Both the position numbers and the translations under genes were made by a program. From assembly GCF_001194135.2 (NCBI RefSeq), contig NC_068993.1, forward strand, positions 32,799,129 through 32,842,382: 43,254 bases of DNA, read 5' to 3'. The notes beneath the pieces were generated by a model. That model was not told the origin of the DNA, ran no database searches, and saw only the letters and a list, made by a program, of their open reading frames with translations. Source of the DNA: Octopus bimaculoides. Lineage: Eukaryota. This document shows positions 12,821-26,583 of the stretch, in pieces; within the stretch, counting starts at the first letter, position 1; each line of letters opens with the position of its first letter.

Positions 12821-13431
12821 AATATTTAATCTTCACACTCTAAGTTCAAGGAATTGTATTTACTAATGCAAGTTAAAAAAGTTGGCATTGAGGATTTATT
12901 TATTATTATAATTACAAATAAATAATATTAATGATAATAATGGTTTCAAATTTTGCTACAAGGGCAGCAATTTTGGGGAAGGGGTTAAGTCAATTATATT
13001 GACCCTAGTGTACAACTGGTACTTATTTTATCGACCCTGAAAGGATGAAAGGCAAAGTTGACCTTGGCAGAATTTGAACTCGGAACATAGCAGCAGATGA
13101 AATACTGCTAAGCATTTCACCTGGTGTGCGAACAATTCTGCCAGCTCACTGCCTTAATAATAATGATAATAATAATAATCCTTTTATTATAGGCACAAGG
13201 CCTGAAATTTTCGGGGACGGAAACAGTCAACTACATTAATCCCAGTGATTGACTGGTTCTTATTTTATTGACTCGCCAGCATGGAATGCAGACATTAAAT
13301 AATGATGATGATGATGAAGAGGGCTAAAAGTAAAGTTGACCTCCAACAGAATTTGAACTTAGAATGAAAAGAACTGGAAGGAATGCCACAAAGCACTTTC
13401 TCTAGTGCTCTGACAACTCTGCCAAAGAATA

Positions 13432-13992
13432 ATCATCATCATCATCATCATCATTTAACGTCCACTTTCCATGCTAGCATGGGTTGGACAATTTGACTGA
13501 GGACTGGTGAACCAGATGGCTACACCAGACTCCAATCTGATCTGGCAGAGTTTCTACAGCTGGATGCCCTTCCTAATGCCAACCACTCCGAGTGTAGTGG
13601 ATGCTTTTTACGTGCCACCGGCACGAGGGCCAGTCCGGCGGTACTGGCAACGGCTACACTCAAATGGTGTTTTTTTATGTGCCACCTGCACAGGAGTCAG
13701 TCCAATGTTTTGTTTACATGCCACCGGCACAAGTGCCAGTAAGGCGGAGCTGGAAACGATCGTGCTCAAATGGTGCTTTTTACATGCCACCAGCACGGAA
13801 GCGAGACCGCTGCTCTGGCAGTGATCCCGCTTGGATGGTGCTGTTAGCGTTCCACTGGCATGGGTGCCAGTCATCAAATTTGGTTCAGTTTTGATCTCAC
13901 TTGCCCCAACAGGTCTTCGCAAGCTGAGTTTAGTGTCCAATGAAGGAAGGTTGGCATGGGTGCCAGTCATCGAATTTGGTTTAATTTCGATT
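13432..13992 (-). mobile_element. Relatively young SINE/RTE-tail repeat with internal tandem subrepeats
   Basis: (CAT)n start; tgccacc(g/t/a)gca motif repeated four times; 35-bp catgggtgccagtcatc.aatttggtt block twice; many CpGs retained. Confidence 0.75.
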
Positions 13993-14149
13993 TAATAATA
14001 ATGTTTAAAGAGTTTGATGTCTTACATTGGCCAGAGAAAAGAGGAGTACAGTCAATTATATTATTAGTTCTCATTATTTTATCAACTCCTGGAGAATGAA
14101 AGTAAATGTCAACACACTTTAGTTACTCAACTGATGACGCCTTGGACAG

Positions 14150-15700
14150 AAATAATTACAGAGGTATCAAATTGTTGGACCAGGGATGAAAATTACTGAG
14201 AGAGTCATAGCTCAACTAATTAGGAAGAGAGTTAATCTAGAAGAGATGAAGTTTGGTTTTGTGCCAGAGAGAAGCATTACTGATGCTGTATTCCTTGTAA
14301 GGCAACTTCAGAAGTACTTAGCCAAAAATAAACTTTTGCACTTAGCTTTTCTTGACATGGAGAAAGCCTTTGATAGGGTCCCCTGCTCCCATATCTGTTG
14401 ATCAGTGTGGAAACTAGGGATAGACGAGCAGTTGGTGAGAGTTGTACAAGCCATGTACAAGGATGCTGTCAAGAAGGTGAAAGTTGGCAACATGTGTAGT
14501 GATGAATTCAGTGTAGAGGTGGTTTACCAAGGATTGGTTCTCAACACCCTCTTATAGTCCTCCAGGCTATAACAGAGGAATTTAAGATGGGCTGCCCTTG
14601 GGAGCTCTCTATGCTGATGACCCTTGCCCTTATAGCTGAGTCACTACCAAATCTAGAGAAGACATTTCAGATCTAGAATCAAAGGGCCTTAGAGTTAATT
14701 TAGCAAAGACCCAAATCTTTCTAATTTGGGAAACAGACAAATCACAAATCTCTTCAAGGAGATGGTCCTGCACATTATGTAGAAAGGGTGTAGGTAGAGA
14801 CTCCATAAGGTGTACCCAGTGCAAGCTATCAACACATAAGAGGTATAGCAGTATAAAAGAAAGGTTAACAGAGAAAGTAGTATTTGTGTGAGGTAGGTGT
14901 ATAGGTACAATAAACACTAGAAATGTACAAAAAATAGACTTCATCAAATGCCCAGGAGGATACTTCGAAAAAGTAGATAGTTTACATTATGTAGGTGACC
15001 AAGTCAGCAGTGGAAGTGGATGCTCTGAGAGCATAACTGCTAGAATAAGTTGGGCAAAGTTCAGAGAGCTTCTACCTTTGTTGGTAACAAAGGGCCTCTC
15101 CCTCAGAATGAAAAGCGGATTGTATGATGTGTCTGTGCAAACTGCCATGCTACATAGCAGTGAAACATAGGCGGTGACTGCATAGTACATGCAAAGGCTT
15201 GAAAGAAATGAAGTTAGTATGCCCCACTGGATATGCAATGTCAGTATGCACATACGACAGAGTGTAAGCATCTTGAGAGAAAAATTTGGTGAAGAGGCAT
15301 CAGATGTTGTATGCAAGAGAAAAGACTGTGTTGGTTTGGTCATGTGATGTGTATGGACAAAGACAGCTGTGTAAAGAAGTGCCAGTCTCTAACTGTGGAA
15401 GGAACCTGTGGAAGAGGTAGACATGGGATAGGGTGGTGAAGTATGATCTTCAGATGTTGAGTCTCACGGAGGTGATGACAAGTGTACTGAAACCTTTGGT
15501 GATTTGCTGTGCTTGAGAAGACATGTCAAGCTAAGTGAAATCATAGTCATATCCAGTGCTGGTGGCATATAATAAGAAAAGACACCTGTGCCAGTGACAT
15601 ATAAAAGGCACCAGTGACGGTGACACATAAAAGGCAGCCATGCCTGTAAAAGCATCCAGTACACTCTGTGGAGTGGCATCCAGCTATAGAAACCAGCCAC
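14150..15700 (+). mobile_element. Decayed RTE LINE (RT to 3' tail)
   Basis: ORF track MKITERVIAQLIRKRVNLEEMKFGFVPERSITDAVFLVRQLQK...AFLDMEKAFDRVP; LYADD; C-terminal WFGHV. Confidence 0.9.
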
Positions 15701-15999
15701 ACAAACATATATATGCACACATCTTTGTACAGGTGTACAGTAAGTAAAAGCGTATTGTATTCCAGTCCTCAGTTTTGAACATTTTAGATGAGGATTTTTT
15801 TCACTTGCCAAAAGACAAGGCCATCCATTTTAAGAGCGAGATACAGTCAACAGAACAGACTGTTACAGTATATTATTCCTGCTTCTATTTATTTTACCAA
15901 TAAAGACACGTTAAAAATTCCCGTGGTGGTATGAACTCAGAACACTAAGGTACTAAACAAGATGGTATAAAGTATGCAATTCCTGCCTTCCATGAAGAC

Positions 16000-16338
16000 C
16001 AGTGGCTCTCAACCGGGATTCATATGGCCCCTGAGGGTCTATATAAGGTCAACACAACAAAATAGTAAATTAAGAATCCACAATAGTATTTTAAGGGACC
16101 CTGAGAAAATTTTGCTTTAGATGTGTGTATTGGTTTGTATTGCAAGAAACAGCTAGGTTTCTTTCTCTAACATTTTACACAGTTTAACCTACACAAATTC
16201 ATGTGTGAAAAACAAAATATGAATTTTGAAAGAAGTTTCTATGAAACTAGTTTTTAGACCTCAAATGTTTATGGGGCTCCACCAGAATAAAATAGTAATC
16301 AAAGGGTTTCATAGATAAAAAACAGTTGAGAACTCTTG
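16000..16338. mobile_element. hAT-type MITE
   Basis: Imperfect TIR CAGTGGCTCTCAACCG / CAGTTGAGAACTCTTG; 8-bp TSD ATGAAGAC / ATGTAGAC (7 of 8 match). Confidence 0.85.
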
Positions 16339-16823
16339 ATGTAGACCATAAAACAGAAAGGGGGTATAATCAGTTAAGCTAACTATGGACTTAGTTCATT
16401 GAATACAGAATAAAAGCTGAATGCAGCAGGATTAGATTTGAAACTGTAACTAGACAAAACTAAGAGTGTATGGTGTTAATGCTTTTTGCACCAGTGTGTC
16501 TGTCACTTTACCACTGTCTTTCACTCAATTTTTAACATTGAGACAAACTTGGAGGGAGAGTTTATTAGATTTAATTGGCCCCAGGAAGAGGATGAATGAC
16601 AAAAAATATCTTGGCAGGAGCTGTGTCCAGGATGTCAAGAAATGTAACTGCTCTACCAATTCTGTTAGTCTTATCCTTACATGTAATACAATAATGAATT
16701 GGCATAATTATAAGAAACTGTACAAGAAACAGGGATTGTAAATGGAAGTAGTGTGAATGTGAAGGAAAAATTCCAACTTTAGGAAATATATCTACAACTC
16801 TGATTAATGAGGATACAATTTAA

Positions 16824-17032
16824 CCCTTTAGTTTAAATTACCCTGTAAATGTGAAGCTTATTTATTGTTTTGAATTAGGTATTGTCTCAGTTTTGAGATT
16901 TCGATGATGTGATTGTCTATTTTTAGGAAGACATTGCAAGGTAGGTAGGTGCAAGAGGCTAGACCTGGCTAGTATGAATTTAAAACAAGAGGCATATTTG
17001 GATCGGATATGGCTGGACTGAATGCTAAATGG
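16824..17032. mobile_element. piggyBac-type MITE, opposite orientation to 3476-3692
   Basis: TTAA flanks, CCCTTTAG...ATGCTAAATGG termini. Confidence 0.8.
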
Positions 17033-17869
17033 TTAAATGACTAACAGGAACATCAGCCAAAGTAGATAAAAATGTAATGGTTGTTGTAGCTGTTTAACTT
17101 CTAGTCAGCCTTGATTAAATAAAATTATGATAAAAGGCATTCTATCCATGACCATCCTATCTCATTTTAGGCATAATGCATCATGGACTACATTATTGAA
17201 TGTATCATTCCTTTGACAGAGTGTAATTTGAAGGAAATGTAGCTGTTATTTCTCTAAGACTGAATGACTACATAGAGGCACTCTTATTGACTAAAAAATG
17301 CTGTGGTTGCTCTACTTCATGTGGACCCAATTAAAAAAAAAATACAAGAAAAAATGTAGCCTGTCCCAAGAGAAACACTAATGGTGCAGCTGAATAGCAT
17401 CATTTGGTCTTTCACCAACACTAATATCCAGAATCAATGGTAATGGAATATATTTGTCCATCCATACATAAATATACATATATACACATACATATTTTAT
17501 AGCATTATACATAGAAATCTACAGTAGATATTAACAGCACAGTGAGAGGTGTTCTGTGAAAAAACAGCTTAGACATGTCTACTTTGGGAATAATTGAATA
17601 ATTATCATCAGTGATAATAAATTGATGAAGAGAGAAAAATCATTACAAGATACGATGGAGTAGTTAAATGGAGGGAGGGAGGGGGAGGGGAGTGTGGAAG
17701 GAAGGAAGGACTTTTTAAGAAGTGAAAAAGAATCAGTGAAATGGATGGAATGATTCCAGTTGTTCAACATCTACAACGAAAGAGAATTATTTTTTATCAC
17801 TTTGTTGGTTGGAATAGCAGGAAATCAACCAACTTATCATTAGACTTAGACAAGTCAGTGCTTCAGACT

Positions 17870-18062
17870 GAGCTTGGGGATGATGAAGATGGTGGTGAGA
17901 GAGAAAGAATGGAGATGGAGGAAGGTAGAGAGAGAGAGGGAGAGAAAGAGAGAGAAAGAGAGAGGAGGAGGGAGAGGTGGAGAGACAACAAAAAAGGTAG
18001 AGGTAGAAATAGATAAGGAAAGACAGTGTGAGAGATAGGCAGGGGTAGAGAGGGAGAGAAAG
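17870..18062. repeat. GA-rich polypurine tract
   Basis: Direct reading; explains the overlapping S/L- and E/R-rich ORFs. Confidence 0.9.
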
Positions 18063-20399
18063 CAGTGGCCTTCCAAATCCAACAAATAACCAATCAGACC
18101 TGAAGGAAATAATCAAAGAGTTAAGTATTATTTTTTAACTATGAAGAGAGAGAGGTGCTAGAATTCAAAATGAAATTAAGGGGAATATTTGCAGTTTTGG
18201 AGGAAGTGGTGAAGGTAAGATCTCAGGATGTTGACCTCACAGATGTGATGACACAGAATGAAGAAAACAGGCAACAAGCTGCACTGCAGACCTATCTAAA
18301 CCATGCCAGTATAGATAAATAGGTAATAATGGTGGTGGTGGTGGTGGTGATGGAGAAGAAGGAGGAAGAAGAGAATTTTTTTTTAATGATTTGCAGTTGA
18401 TCTTTGGGTAATCCCTGATACTTCATCCTCATGTTGTCTATTTCTTTTTGGTCCACAAGATATACACTCCCAATGGGTCACTCCCACAAGGGCAGCTCAA
18501 CCACCAGAAAAGTGGGGCCAGAGTTTGAGAGTAAACAGGGGTATGAGCCCTCTTGACATTGCACCTTGAAGGGAGATCAACTGTAACAAAAACATCATGA
18601 TGATAATATTGAGCTCAATGATGAAAAATTAGTTCCATCCCTGCAATCTATTACTTATATACTATCTCTATTCAGATTATAACATATACTGTCTCAATTC
18701 AGGTTTCATACTCTCTATCCTCTTCCAATATATTTATTACAAAAACAATTAATATAACAGGGGAAAAAAGTACCATCCAAACAACTGTCAGTTTTTAAAA
18801 AAACAATAAATGCAAAATTTGTTTTCTTAATTTTTCTTTGTGCTTTATTTTGTACGTATAAGACAACAGAGTTAGTTGGTTCAATTCCCTGCACGTTACC
18901 AGAACTTTTTTAATTTCATCAAACCCAGAAAGGATTGGAAGTAAAAACATTGATCTCAATGATACTTAATATCAGAACTACATGACACTACTTTTGATAA
19001 TCACAAGAATCAGATACCAACATGGATTTACTCAAGAATAAGACACCAAAGCTCTCTGCCATCAACACAAACAGTAGTGAAATATTTTGGCAACAGAAAA
19101 CCATATGGAAATTTTGCCAAATATTGACTGACTGTTCCAATAATTCCAAGTGGAATCATTTGAAGAAAACATACCATCTTAGGTATCTTTTCAACATTGA
19201 ATTCTTTCATGGCTCCATGCCATACATGAGATATAGGTGATTGTACTGACCTCAGTACGTGACTGATAATTATTTTATTAACACCAGATGATTAAGAAGT
19301 AAAATCAGTTTGAGCAGAGTTTAAACTTGTTTTGCATTTCTTATGGATGTATTTTATCATGTTACTAGCCCTTGAGAGGTAGTCCCATTAGAAGAGAACT
19401 AAAGAGTTCCTCTACTCTTACAGAGTTCCTGTTTGCAATTACTGTCCTCTTAGACAAGTACTCACTAATGCAGCTTGTGGATATAATGTTTCACTCCTTC
19501 ATTCTATTTTTGGATATGGTTTCTACAGCTGACTGCCCTTTCTATCACTAACCACAACAGAGTCCCTTCTGCATATCAATTTGTATTCAGAATTATTGAC
19601 TCCGAATATGATACACTGTGATGTGGCTCACTCGTGTTTTATCAATATAAGGAGAGATTAGGACCATAGCTGCAGAATGGTAATCGGATGCAACTTGGCA
19701 TAAAGGCAGGTCACCATTATTTAGGCTGAAGTGGGGAGGAAGATATTTTTGCTGGCTGAAGTGAGGCTGTATCCATGGCACTACTTAGAGGGTCATATCA
19801 AGAAGTTCTTGCAAAGTTGCAAAGTACTTGTTACATTTGGTGGTCATTTATGCCACTCTGTAACACACTGTAAGCAGAGAAAGAGACAGAGAGGGACAAA
19901 AGAGAGAAAAATAATAAACTATTAAGAAATTTAAATTATATATGTTGCTGTCATCATTATAATTTAACATCCTTTTTTCATTGCTTGCATTGGTTAAATA
20001 ACATTTGTTGATATAGATTTTCTATGGCCAGATGCTGTTCCTGTTGCCAACCCTCAACTGTTTCCAGCAAATAACTCTTCTCCAGTGATTTTCTGAGGAA
20101 GGAGTCTTAACCCCAAAATACTGGAATACCATATAATAACATTAATCTGTTCTATTTTACAAATTGTATTGTTTTTGCTGTAAAAATATTTAAAATGTTT
20201 TATTTATATATATATAAAGGGAGTTGCTAACAATTACTTCAAAATCAGTCAACTATTTCCTAGTCAAAATAAAATACAATCCTCTATTTAAAGATAAAGA
20301 GTAATTTGTTAATTAATGTTTGATTGTTTTAATATATAACTATTCATAAAAACAAACAACTAGAAATATATATGTACACACACACACATAATCTCAGGT

Positions 20400-21150
20400 G
20401 TTTGACTCTCATGAAGGAGATGACAAAGGACTGGTTCATCTGGTGATCTGAGATAAAAATGAGGTTCTGGAAGCAGAATGTCCATATACACAGTTGGATC
20501 CCTCTAATCTTCCCTCTACTTCTTCATTCCCTATTGCTGATCTCTCTATTACTTGCCAACTGCAGTATTCAAATGAGACGAAACTACATATTTTGTCATA
20601 CTTTCTGTGATATCAGTCATCTTTCTCACTATCTGGAACCACTTCTCTTGATTTTCACCCTTCATTTTCACATTGACCTCCTTTATTCACATTTTACACT
20701 GATCACCTCCACCCCACTCTCCATGCTACCAAATTATCTCTCCTTCTCCCTCTCCACTGAATCATTTTCCTCTTGATTTGTCCATATCACCATAGATCTC
20801 TCGTTCTCTCCCCATGCACTACATCTTTCTCTTCACTTATCCTCTTTCAACTTCTCACATTCTTGCAACCTACCTATCCATACACCACCTCTTTCTCTCT
20901 ATCCTGCTGCTCTTCACCCTCCTGTGCTGCCAATCTAAACCACCTGCAGTTTCTTTATGCCTGGAAAAGATACTACAGATCTCCACTTCCATGTGAGACA
21001 ACATTTGAAATACTTCGGAGTAAGCTACAATACTTAGCATTTGCTGACTTAAATCTTTTGACTAGGTATCAGCCTATAATCTACTGGTTGGTTGATAAAT
21101 AAACTAACTGTAGATGAATAGCTTGTGAGAGCTATCGAATCCATGTACAG
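20400..21150 (+). mobile_element. RTE LINE fragments (3' end/UTR followed by an RT fragment)
   Basis: 20940-21150 is homologous to the reverse complement of 25980-26165 and to RT region 4440-4680. Confidence 0.7.
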
Positions 21151-21486
21151 TTAAATCATATGCATCATTGATTACCCTCCTCAATCTCTAATTATCTAAT
21201 TATCCCCTAACTTCTATCCAATTCATATTTTATCACTGACATCCACCCCCACCACCAACCTTTATTATATCTACATCTTCATTCCATTTCTAACCATACC
21301 TCACTCTCTCCATACACTCTTTCTACTTCTATCCTTCCTTTTGTTATTCTGCACCAGAGTCCACCCTGTCATCCCATTATTTCTCTTTACAGTTCCACAT
21401 CAATTATTCCCACACACTCTTCTATAATGTGAGGAGCCATATACCTCTTGAACAGTAAAAAATCTGTTCCAGGCCCATTCTTCATA

Positions 21487-21732
21487 CTCTAACCAGGGTC
21501 CATATGGCCATTGGCGGTGCATATAAGATTTTGTTAAAATTCATCTGCAATAAATTGGTTATACTTCTACAATATACAAAATATTTTTACGACTTTTTAA
21601 AATACAATTCCTAATGATATTTAATAAAATTATATAATAATTTTTTAAACATTGAATGACTATGGAGGGGTACATCCTAGTAAAAGGAGGAACCAGTGTG
21701 GTCCTTAGATAAAAGATGGTTGAGAAACACTG
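21487..21732. mobile_element. hAT-type MITE related to 16000-16338
   Basis: Shared ccatatggcc and ttagataaaa..ggttgagaa.cactg end. Confidence 0.65.
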
Positions 21733-22069
21733 CTCTAACTTTTCATCACCGAGCATAAAGTTGCTTCCCTCTCTACTTAGATGATGAGGATCTTAGCCTT
21801 GTGAGCTATATGACACTTCATTAGTGATGTGCTACAAAACAAGCACCCAGTTATACTCCTAAAATAGTTGGCATTAGGAAAGCCATCCAGCCAAAAAAAA
21901 AAAAACATGCCAAAGCAGATATTGGAGCTCAGCATAGTCCTCTGACACATCTAAGCCATGCCCACATGGAAGACAAACAATTAATTGATGGAGATAATGG
22001 TGATGATAAAATACATAAACTGATAGTTACATTAAAGCAAAGACTGAAATTTTTTTTTTTTTTTTTTTA

Positions 22070-22400
22070 CTTACTTCAGTCATTAGACTGCAGCCATGCT
22101 GGGGCACCACAAATCAACCCCAATACTTATTTTCTTTTTAAGCCTGGTACTTATTTTTTCAGTCTCTTTAGCCAAACCGCTAAGTTACAGGGAAGTAAAC
22201 GCACCAACACTGATTGTCAAGGAATGGTTGGGGGTAAACATGCACATACACACACACAATGGGCTTCTTTCAGTTTCTGTATACCAAATCTACTCACAAG
22301 GCTTTGGTTGACCAGAGGCTTAAGTAGAAAACACTTGTCCAAGGTGCCATGCTGTGGGACTGAACCAGAGCCATGTGGTTGGGAAACAAACTTACCAAAC
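22070..22400 (-). mobile_element. tRNA-derived SINE, second family
   Basis: gggcttctttcagtttc...aaatccactcacaaggctttggt...acacttg.ccaaggtgcc..gggactgaacc; related copies at about 1985-2125, 9480-9605, 34990-35150. Confidence 0.75.
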
Positions 22401-22469
22401 AGTAATGTTACATGTGTTTCATCACAATATAGGAACTATGATATGAATATAAAAATTGTCATTAATCAT

Positions 22470-22687
22470 ATTATTATTATTATTATATTATAAATATAAT
22501 ATACTCATAATAGTTATATACATGTAAAAAACATGTACAGGGTCTCCTAAACTGTAACTCCTCAGACAAAGATTCAATAATATCATTACTGAATCTGAGG
22601 AGTCAGTTAAAGGTCCTATACATGTTCATTACATATATATAACTATTGTGAATGTATTATATATTTATATCTTTATTATAATAATAA
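22470..22687. repeat. Long imperfect inverted repeat (foldback)
   Basis: AATAGTTATATA(22509)/TATATAACTATT(22636), AACATGTA/TACATGTT, ACTCCTCAGA(22557)/TCTGAGGAGT(22594), AGATTCA/TGAATCT around a 13-nt loop. Confidence 0.8.
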
Positions 22688-22852
22688 AGTTCATGACTTT
22701 CAACTAGTATGTTTGACTCATCTAAAGTAAAACATCTATATGCATGCATTTTATTACTGGAATGTGCAGATGTCCATCATGAGGATACAGCTTGGATTAT
22801 AACCCCTTCTATCAGATAGGGAGGATGGAAAGAGAAAGAGTATTGCAAGTTT

Positions 22853-22898
<46 letters not shown>

Positions 22899-22904
22899 CA
22901 TCAT

Positions 22905-23130
22905 CATCATCATTTAGCATCTGTTTTCCATGCTAATATGGGTTAGCCGGTTTGACTAGAACTGGTAAACCAGAGAGCTGCACCAGGCTCCAGTCTGTTT
23001 TGGTTTGATTTCTATGGCGGGATGTCCTTCGTAATGCGAACTACTCCACAGAGTGTACCAGATGCCATTTACGTGTCACTGGCACAGGCCATGACTACAA
23101 TTTCACTAAGCTTGACATGTCTTCTCAAGC
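22905..23130 (-). mobile_element. SINE/RTE-tail repeat
   Basis: Same family as 13432-13992 and 29253-29770. Confidence 0.7.
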
Positions 23131-23712
23131 ACAGCAAATATGTGTGTGAACATGTCCAACTGATTAAGAAAGTCACTTCATAATGACGAGGCCAACACAC
23201 AGCACCCAGAACAAGTTCCTTGTGGCTTATACAGTCAACACTGTTACACATACTGCTATGTCAGACTGTTACAGGTGTCTATGAGATACTCAGTCACTTA
23301 GATAATAATTCAATGAGTCAGCAGTGCAGTTAATTAAAGAACTGCAACAATCATGGTCATTAAACCAGATTCCTACCTTTTATTCTTGTCATATCCATAA
23401 ATTCCAATGCTTTGTGTACAGAGAGTAGCATCAATGTCATTTACTAGCATCACAAGGTCATGTCATGTTGCTATGTAAACAAACAGGTAAGAGGAAACAC
23501 TAACAGCATCAGTTTGTGATTCATTCACTTCTTTTACCCTCTACTCATGTATAGCCAGGTAGGTGAGTGAATGATCAATAATGCAACGATTATATCAACT
23601 AGTGTTAATATGGTATTTGAGTTTTGTGATGCTAATAGCTAAGTAGTTAATGTATTTTACTAAATAGAATAAAACTTGTTCACAAATGGGGGACACACAC
23701 GTATACACATAC

Positions 23713-23745
<33 letters not shown>

Positions 23746-24099
23746 CGTGTGTGTACACACACACTTCATTTTTGTTATACATCCACTTTCTAAGCTGCCA
23801 TGAGTTAGAAAGGTCATTATCATCCAAGTCAGTTCATATTTCAAGCTACTGCACTTCCCACTTACCACTTGTACCTTTTATTCTGGTGTAGTTTCTCTGG
23901 CTTGACAGCCTCCTTAATACCAACCATTTTACAGAATGTACCGAGTGCAGTTTATCGTGCCCCCACCTAACACTTAAAAGACAGGACTAAAGAGTCCTCT
24001 CAACCCTACATTTTCCCCACTTGTTCACTATTAAGAGTGCAATATGCATTTTATCATGGCACCACCATCAGAGTTGTTGCCTGTACCCAAAAAAACAAA

Positions 24100-26350
24100 A
24101 GTGGGTCATCATCCCAGTATGTTTCTCAATTCAAGGTAACATGACCAATAGAGTGTGCAGGATAGAGGATGACTATAGAAGATGAATGAAGGTTGGATGG
24201 TGGAGGAAGTCAGTGATTGGTAGAAGAATGTGGAAAGAAGAGAAAGAAATAAGAGAAAGAGCAACAGTGCCAGAAGTGATAGAAAGGAGACATTAATGGC
24301 AGTGTGATGAAAGAGACTATGCAAGGAGCGATAAAAGAGAGATAGTAGTAGTAGTAATAGGGTGTAACAGGGAGAGAAAACAATTGGTAGATATAGAAAT
24401 GGTTGGTGGTAAGAGAGTGTAATAAATGAGAATTTGTGTCCTGGAGAAGAATGAGTGATGGCTCGGAAGTGTAGAAGGATGATGCTCGCAAGTAAGAGAG
24501 AGAGAGACGAAATGATGAAAAGTGAGACAGCATTGTAAGAGATTGATGGATAATAAAATGGTGACTGAGAGGAATGGACATGAAGGAGAGCCACATGTTT
24601 ACTAGTAAGAGAGAGGAAAGAAAAGGAAAGAATGAAAAAAGAGAAAGTAAAAGAACAAGAGTGAGGTGCCAGGTACCATCAGATCTGATGGAATCCTTCA
24701 TTACCCAGGCATTGTGATAGGAAAGGGGGGGCATTGAGGTGGCTACATGTTTGCTGGTGAGAGAGAGGTAGAGTGCAATGGAGATGATTAGGTGGACAGG
24801 GGGTAAGAGTTAGAAACAAAAATAATATTAACTTGTGAGACAGAGAAATAAATATATCTGGGGGGGGGAGAAGGAAGAGAAGGACAGATCCACTAGCTGT
24901 ACATAGGATGTCAGAAAATCCATTGCAATTATTCATTACTAAATGATTTGGAAAGAGTGAGAGAGAAAAATTAGTGGTAAGAGGAGAAATTAAATATGGT
25001 TGGACATCACTTCACAGGTGGCATACAGCAGTGAATAGAAGGGATGACAGAGAGATGAAGGGTATCAATGAGGTAAGAGGGTCAGTAAACGGTGATTCCA
25101 GGTACAAAAGGGAGAAACTCCCAAATAAATGTATTATAAATTCCAACCTCTGCCATTGCAACACCCCTCATTTTAATGTACATTTAACCAAGCTTTCAGA
25201 GATTGTCAACTCTCCAGCACTAGATATCACCAGCCAATATGGCTTTGTGTTATCTCTGGTGAGATACGTCTTAAGATCAATCTTTATCACTTTACTCCAT
25301 GTCTTCCTCAGACTAGCTTTCATTACTTTGAGTGCTCAGCAATTCCATATGTAGCCTATCATCGTTCTTCACATGCATTACAAGCCCATAGCAGCACTAT
25401 CTCCTCTTCTGCACATAAAATCTGATGCCTCTTATGTTCAGTTTTTCTCTTAGCTCATTTGAACTCTACTGTTCATGCAGGCTAACACTGTACATCCAGT
25501 GAAACATGCTCACTCCTCTCCTTTCTAGTCTTTACAAGTCCTCTGTATTCAAGGTGCACATCTACCTTCTCTGACCATTTGTCTGTGATCCCATTGCATC
25601 TTTTGTATGTCCAGTTTGCACTGGTTACAACATATGGAATTTCTCGTTGCACTGTTTCTGCACATTGCTCAGGATCTCAGTCATTGTTAAGTTTACTTTG
25701 AGGCTTCTCAGTTTCAGGTTTTGTTTCCATGTCTGGAATTTCTTCTCTAAATCACCTGCAAATTTGGCTATATGAAGTAGATCATCAGTATACAAGAGTT
25801 ACCATGGAAAGCCAGTTTCAAAGTCATTTTATTATGGCCAGTAGCTCATAAAAAAAAAAAATAATAAGAGCTGAGGGCTGGGCTCTGACAGATCCCCTAC
25901 CTGCACACTAAATTCATCACTGAATTTATTGCTGACTGCACCTCTGTACATGACTTTTATAGCTCTCACAAACCATTTGTCTACATTTACTTTCTTTATT
26001 AACCAGCAGATTATAGACTGATACCTAGTCAAAGGCTTTCTTTAAGTCTGCAAATGCTAGGTATAGTGGCCTCCTCCTAAGCATTTTAAATGTTGTCTCA
26101 TGTGAAAGTGGACATCAGTGATACCTCTTCCAGGCACAAATAAACTGCATCTCACCTAGGCTTTCTCCAAATCAATTGCCTGATCCAACAATTTTATGCC
26201 TCTGTACTGTCTATATTTATTCTTCAAGTATTTAACCCATGCCCTACATCACCAGATATTTCAAACATTGTAGCAGCAGTCCCTGATGGACGAGCAGCTT
26301 TCTCTATCTTCATGATTGCTCAATCTACATTACAACTGTCAACTTGGATG
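24100..26350 (-). mobile_element. Decayed RTE LINE fragments including 3' UTR
   Basis: Reverse strand gives RT stretch (EMQF.PGRG.TD, AFADL.KAF) and C-terminal region; purine-rich 24150-24900 is the complement of the pyrimidine-rich UTR seen at 6150-6600 and 20500-20900. Confidence 0.75.
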
Positions 26351-26544
26351 GATAGCTCCTCTGTTGGGTCTACATTATATCTTTAGTGAGTTAACTTGGG
26401 ATTCTTTAACAACAATCAACCTTCATATAATTAAGGTATCTTCGACCTGATGAGTAACTAGTTGGGTACAATTATTACATCAGAGGATCTGCTAGATAGG
26501 AAACATAGGTAGCCTGGATTTTACCTGCTCCACTCCCTCAATTT

Positions 26545-26583
<39 letters not shown>

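Noticed and set aside
12412-12843. Several 100-140 aa ORFs in the track
   Set aside because: Made of (CA)n/(TG)n repeats and N gap translation
14126-14165. CTGATGA...GAAA as another hammerhead
   Set aside because: Stem II does not pair and the GAAA belongs to the RTE RT coding sequence
17541-17570. Minus-strand TSHCA as the missing PGAP2 THC exon end
   Set aside because: Weak donor (GTTAAT) and an in-frame stop a few codons upstream; no hydrophobic TM1
24109-24734. 161- and 174-aa hydrophobic ORFs resembling membrane proteins
   Set aside because: Translation of a pyrimidine-rich LINE 3' UTR; no splice or homology support
26444-26500. CTGATGAG followed later by GAAAC
   Set aside because: No stem II directly followed by GAAA and no stem I complement
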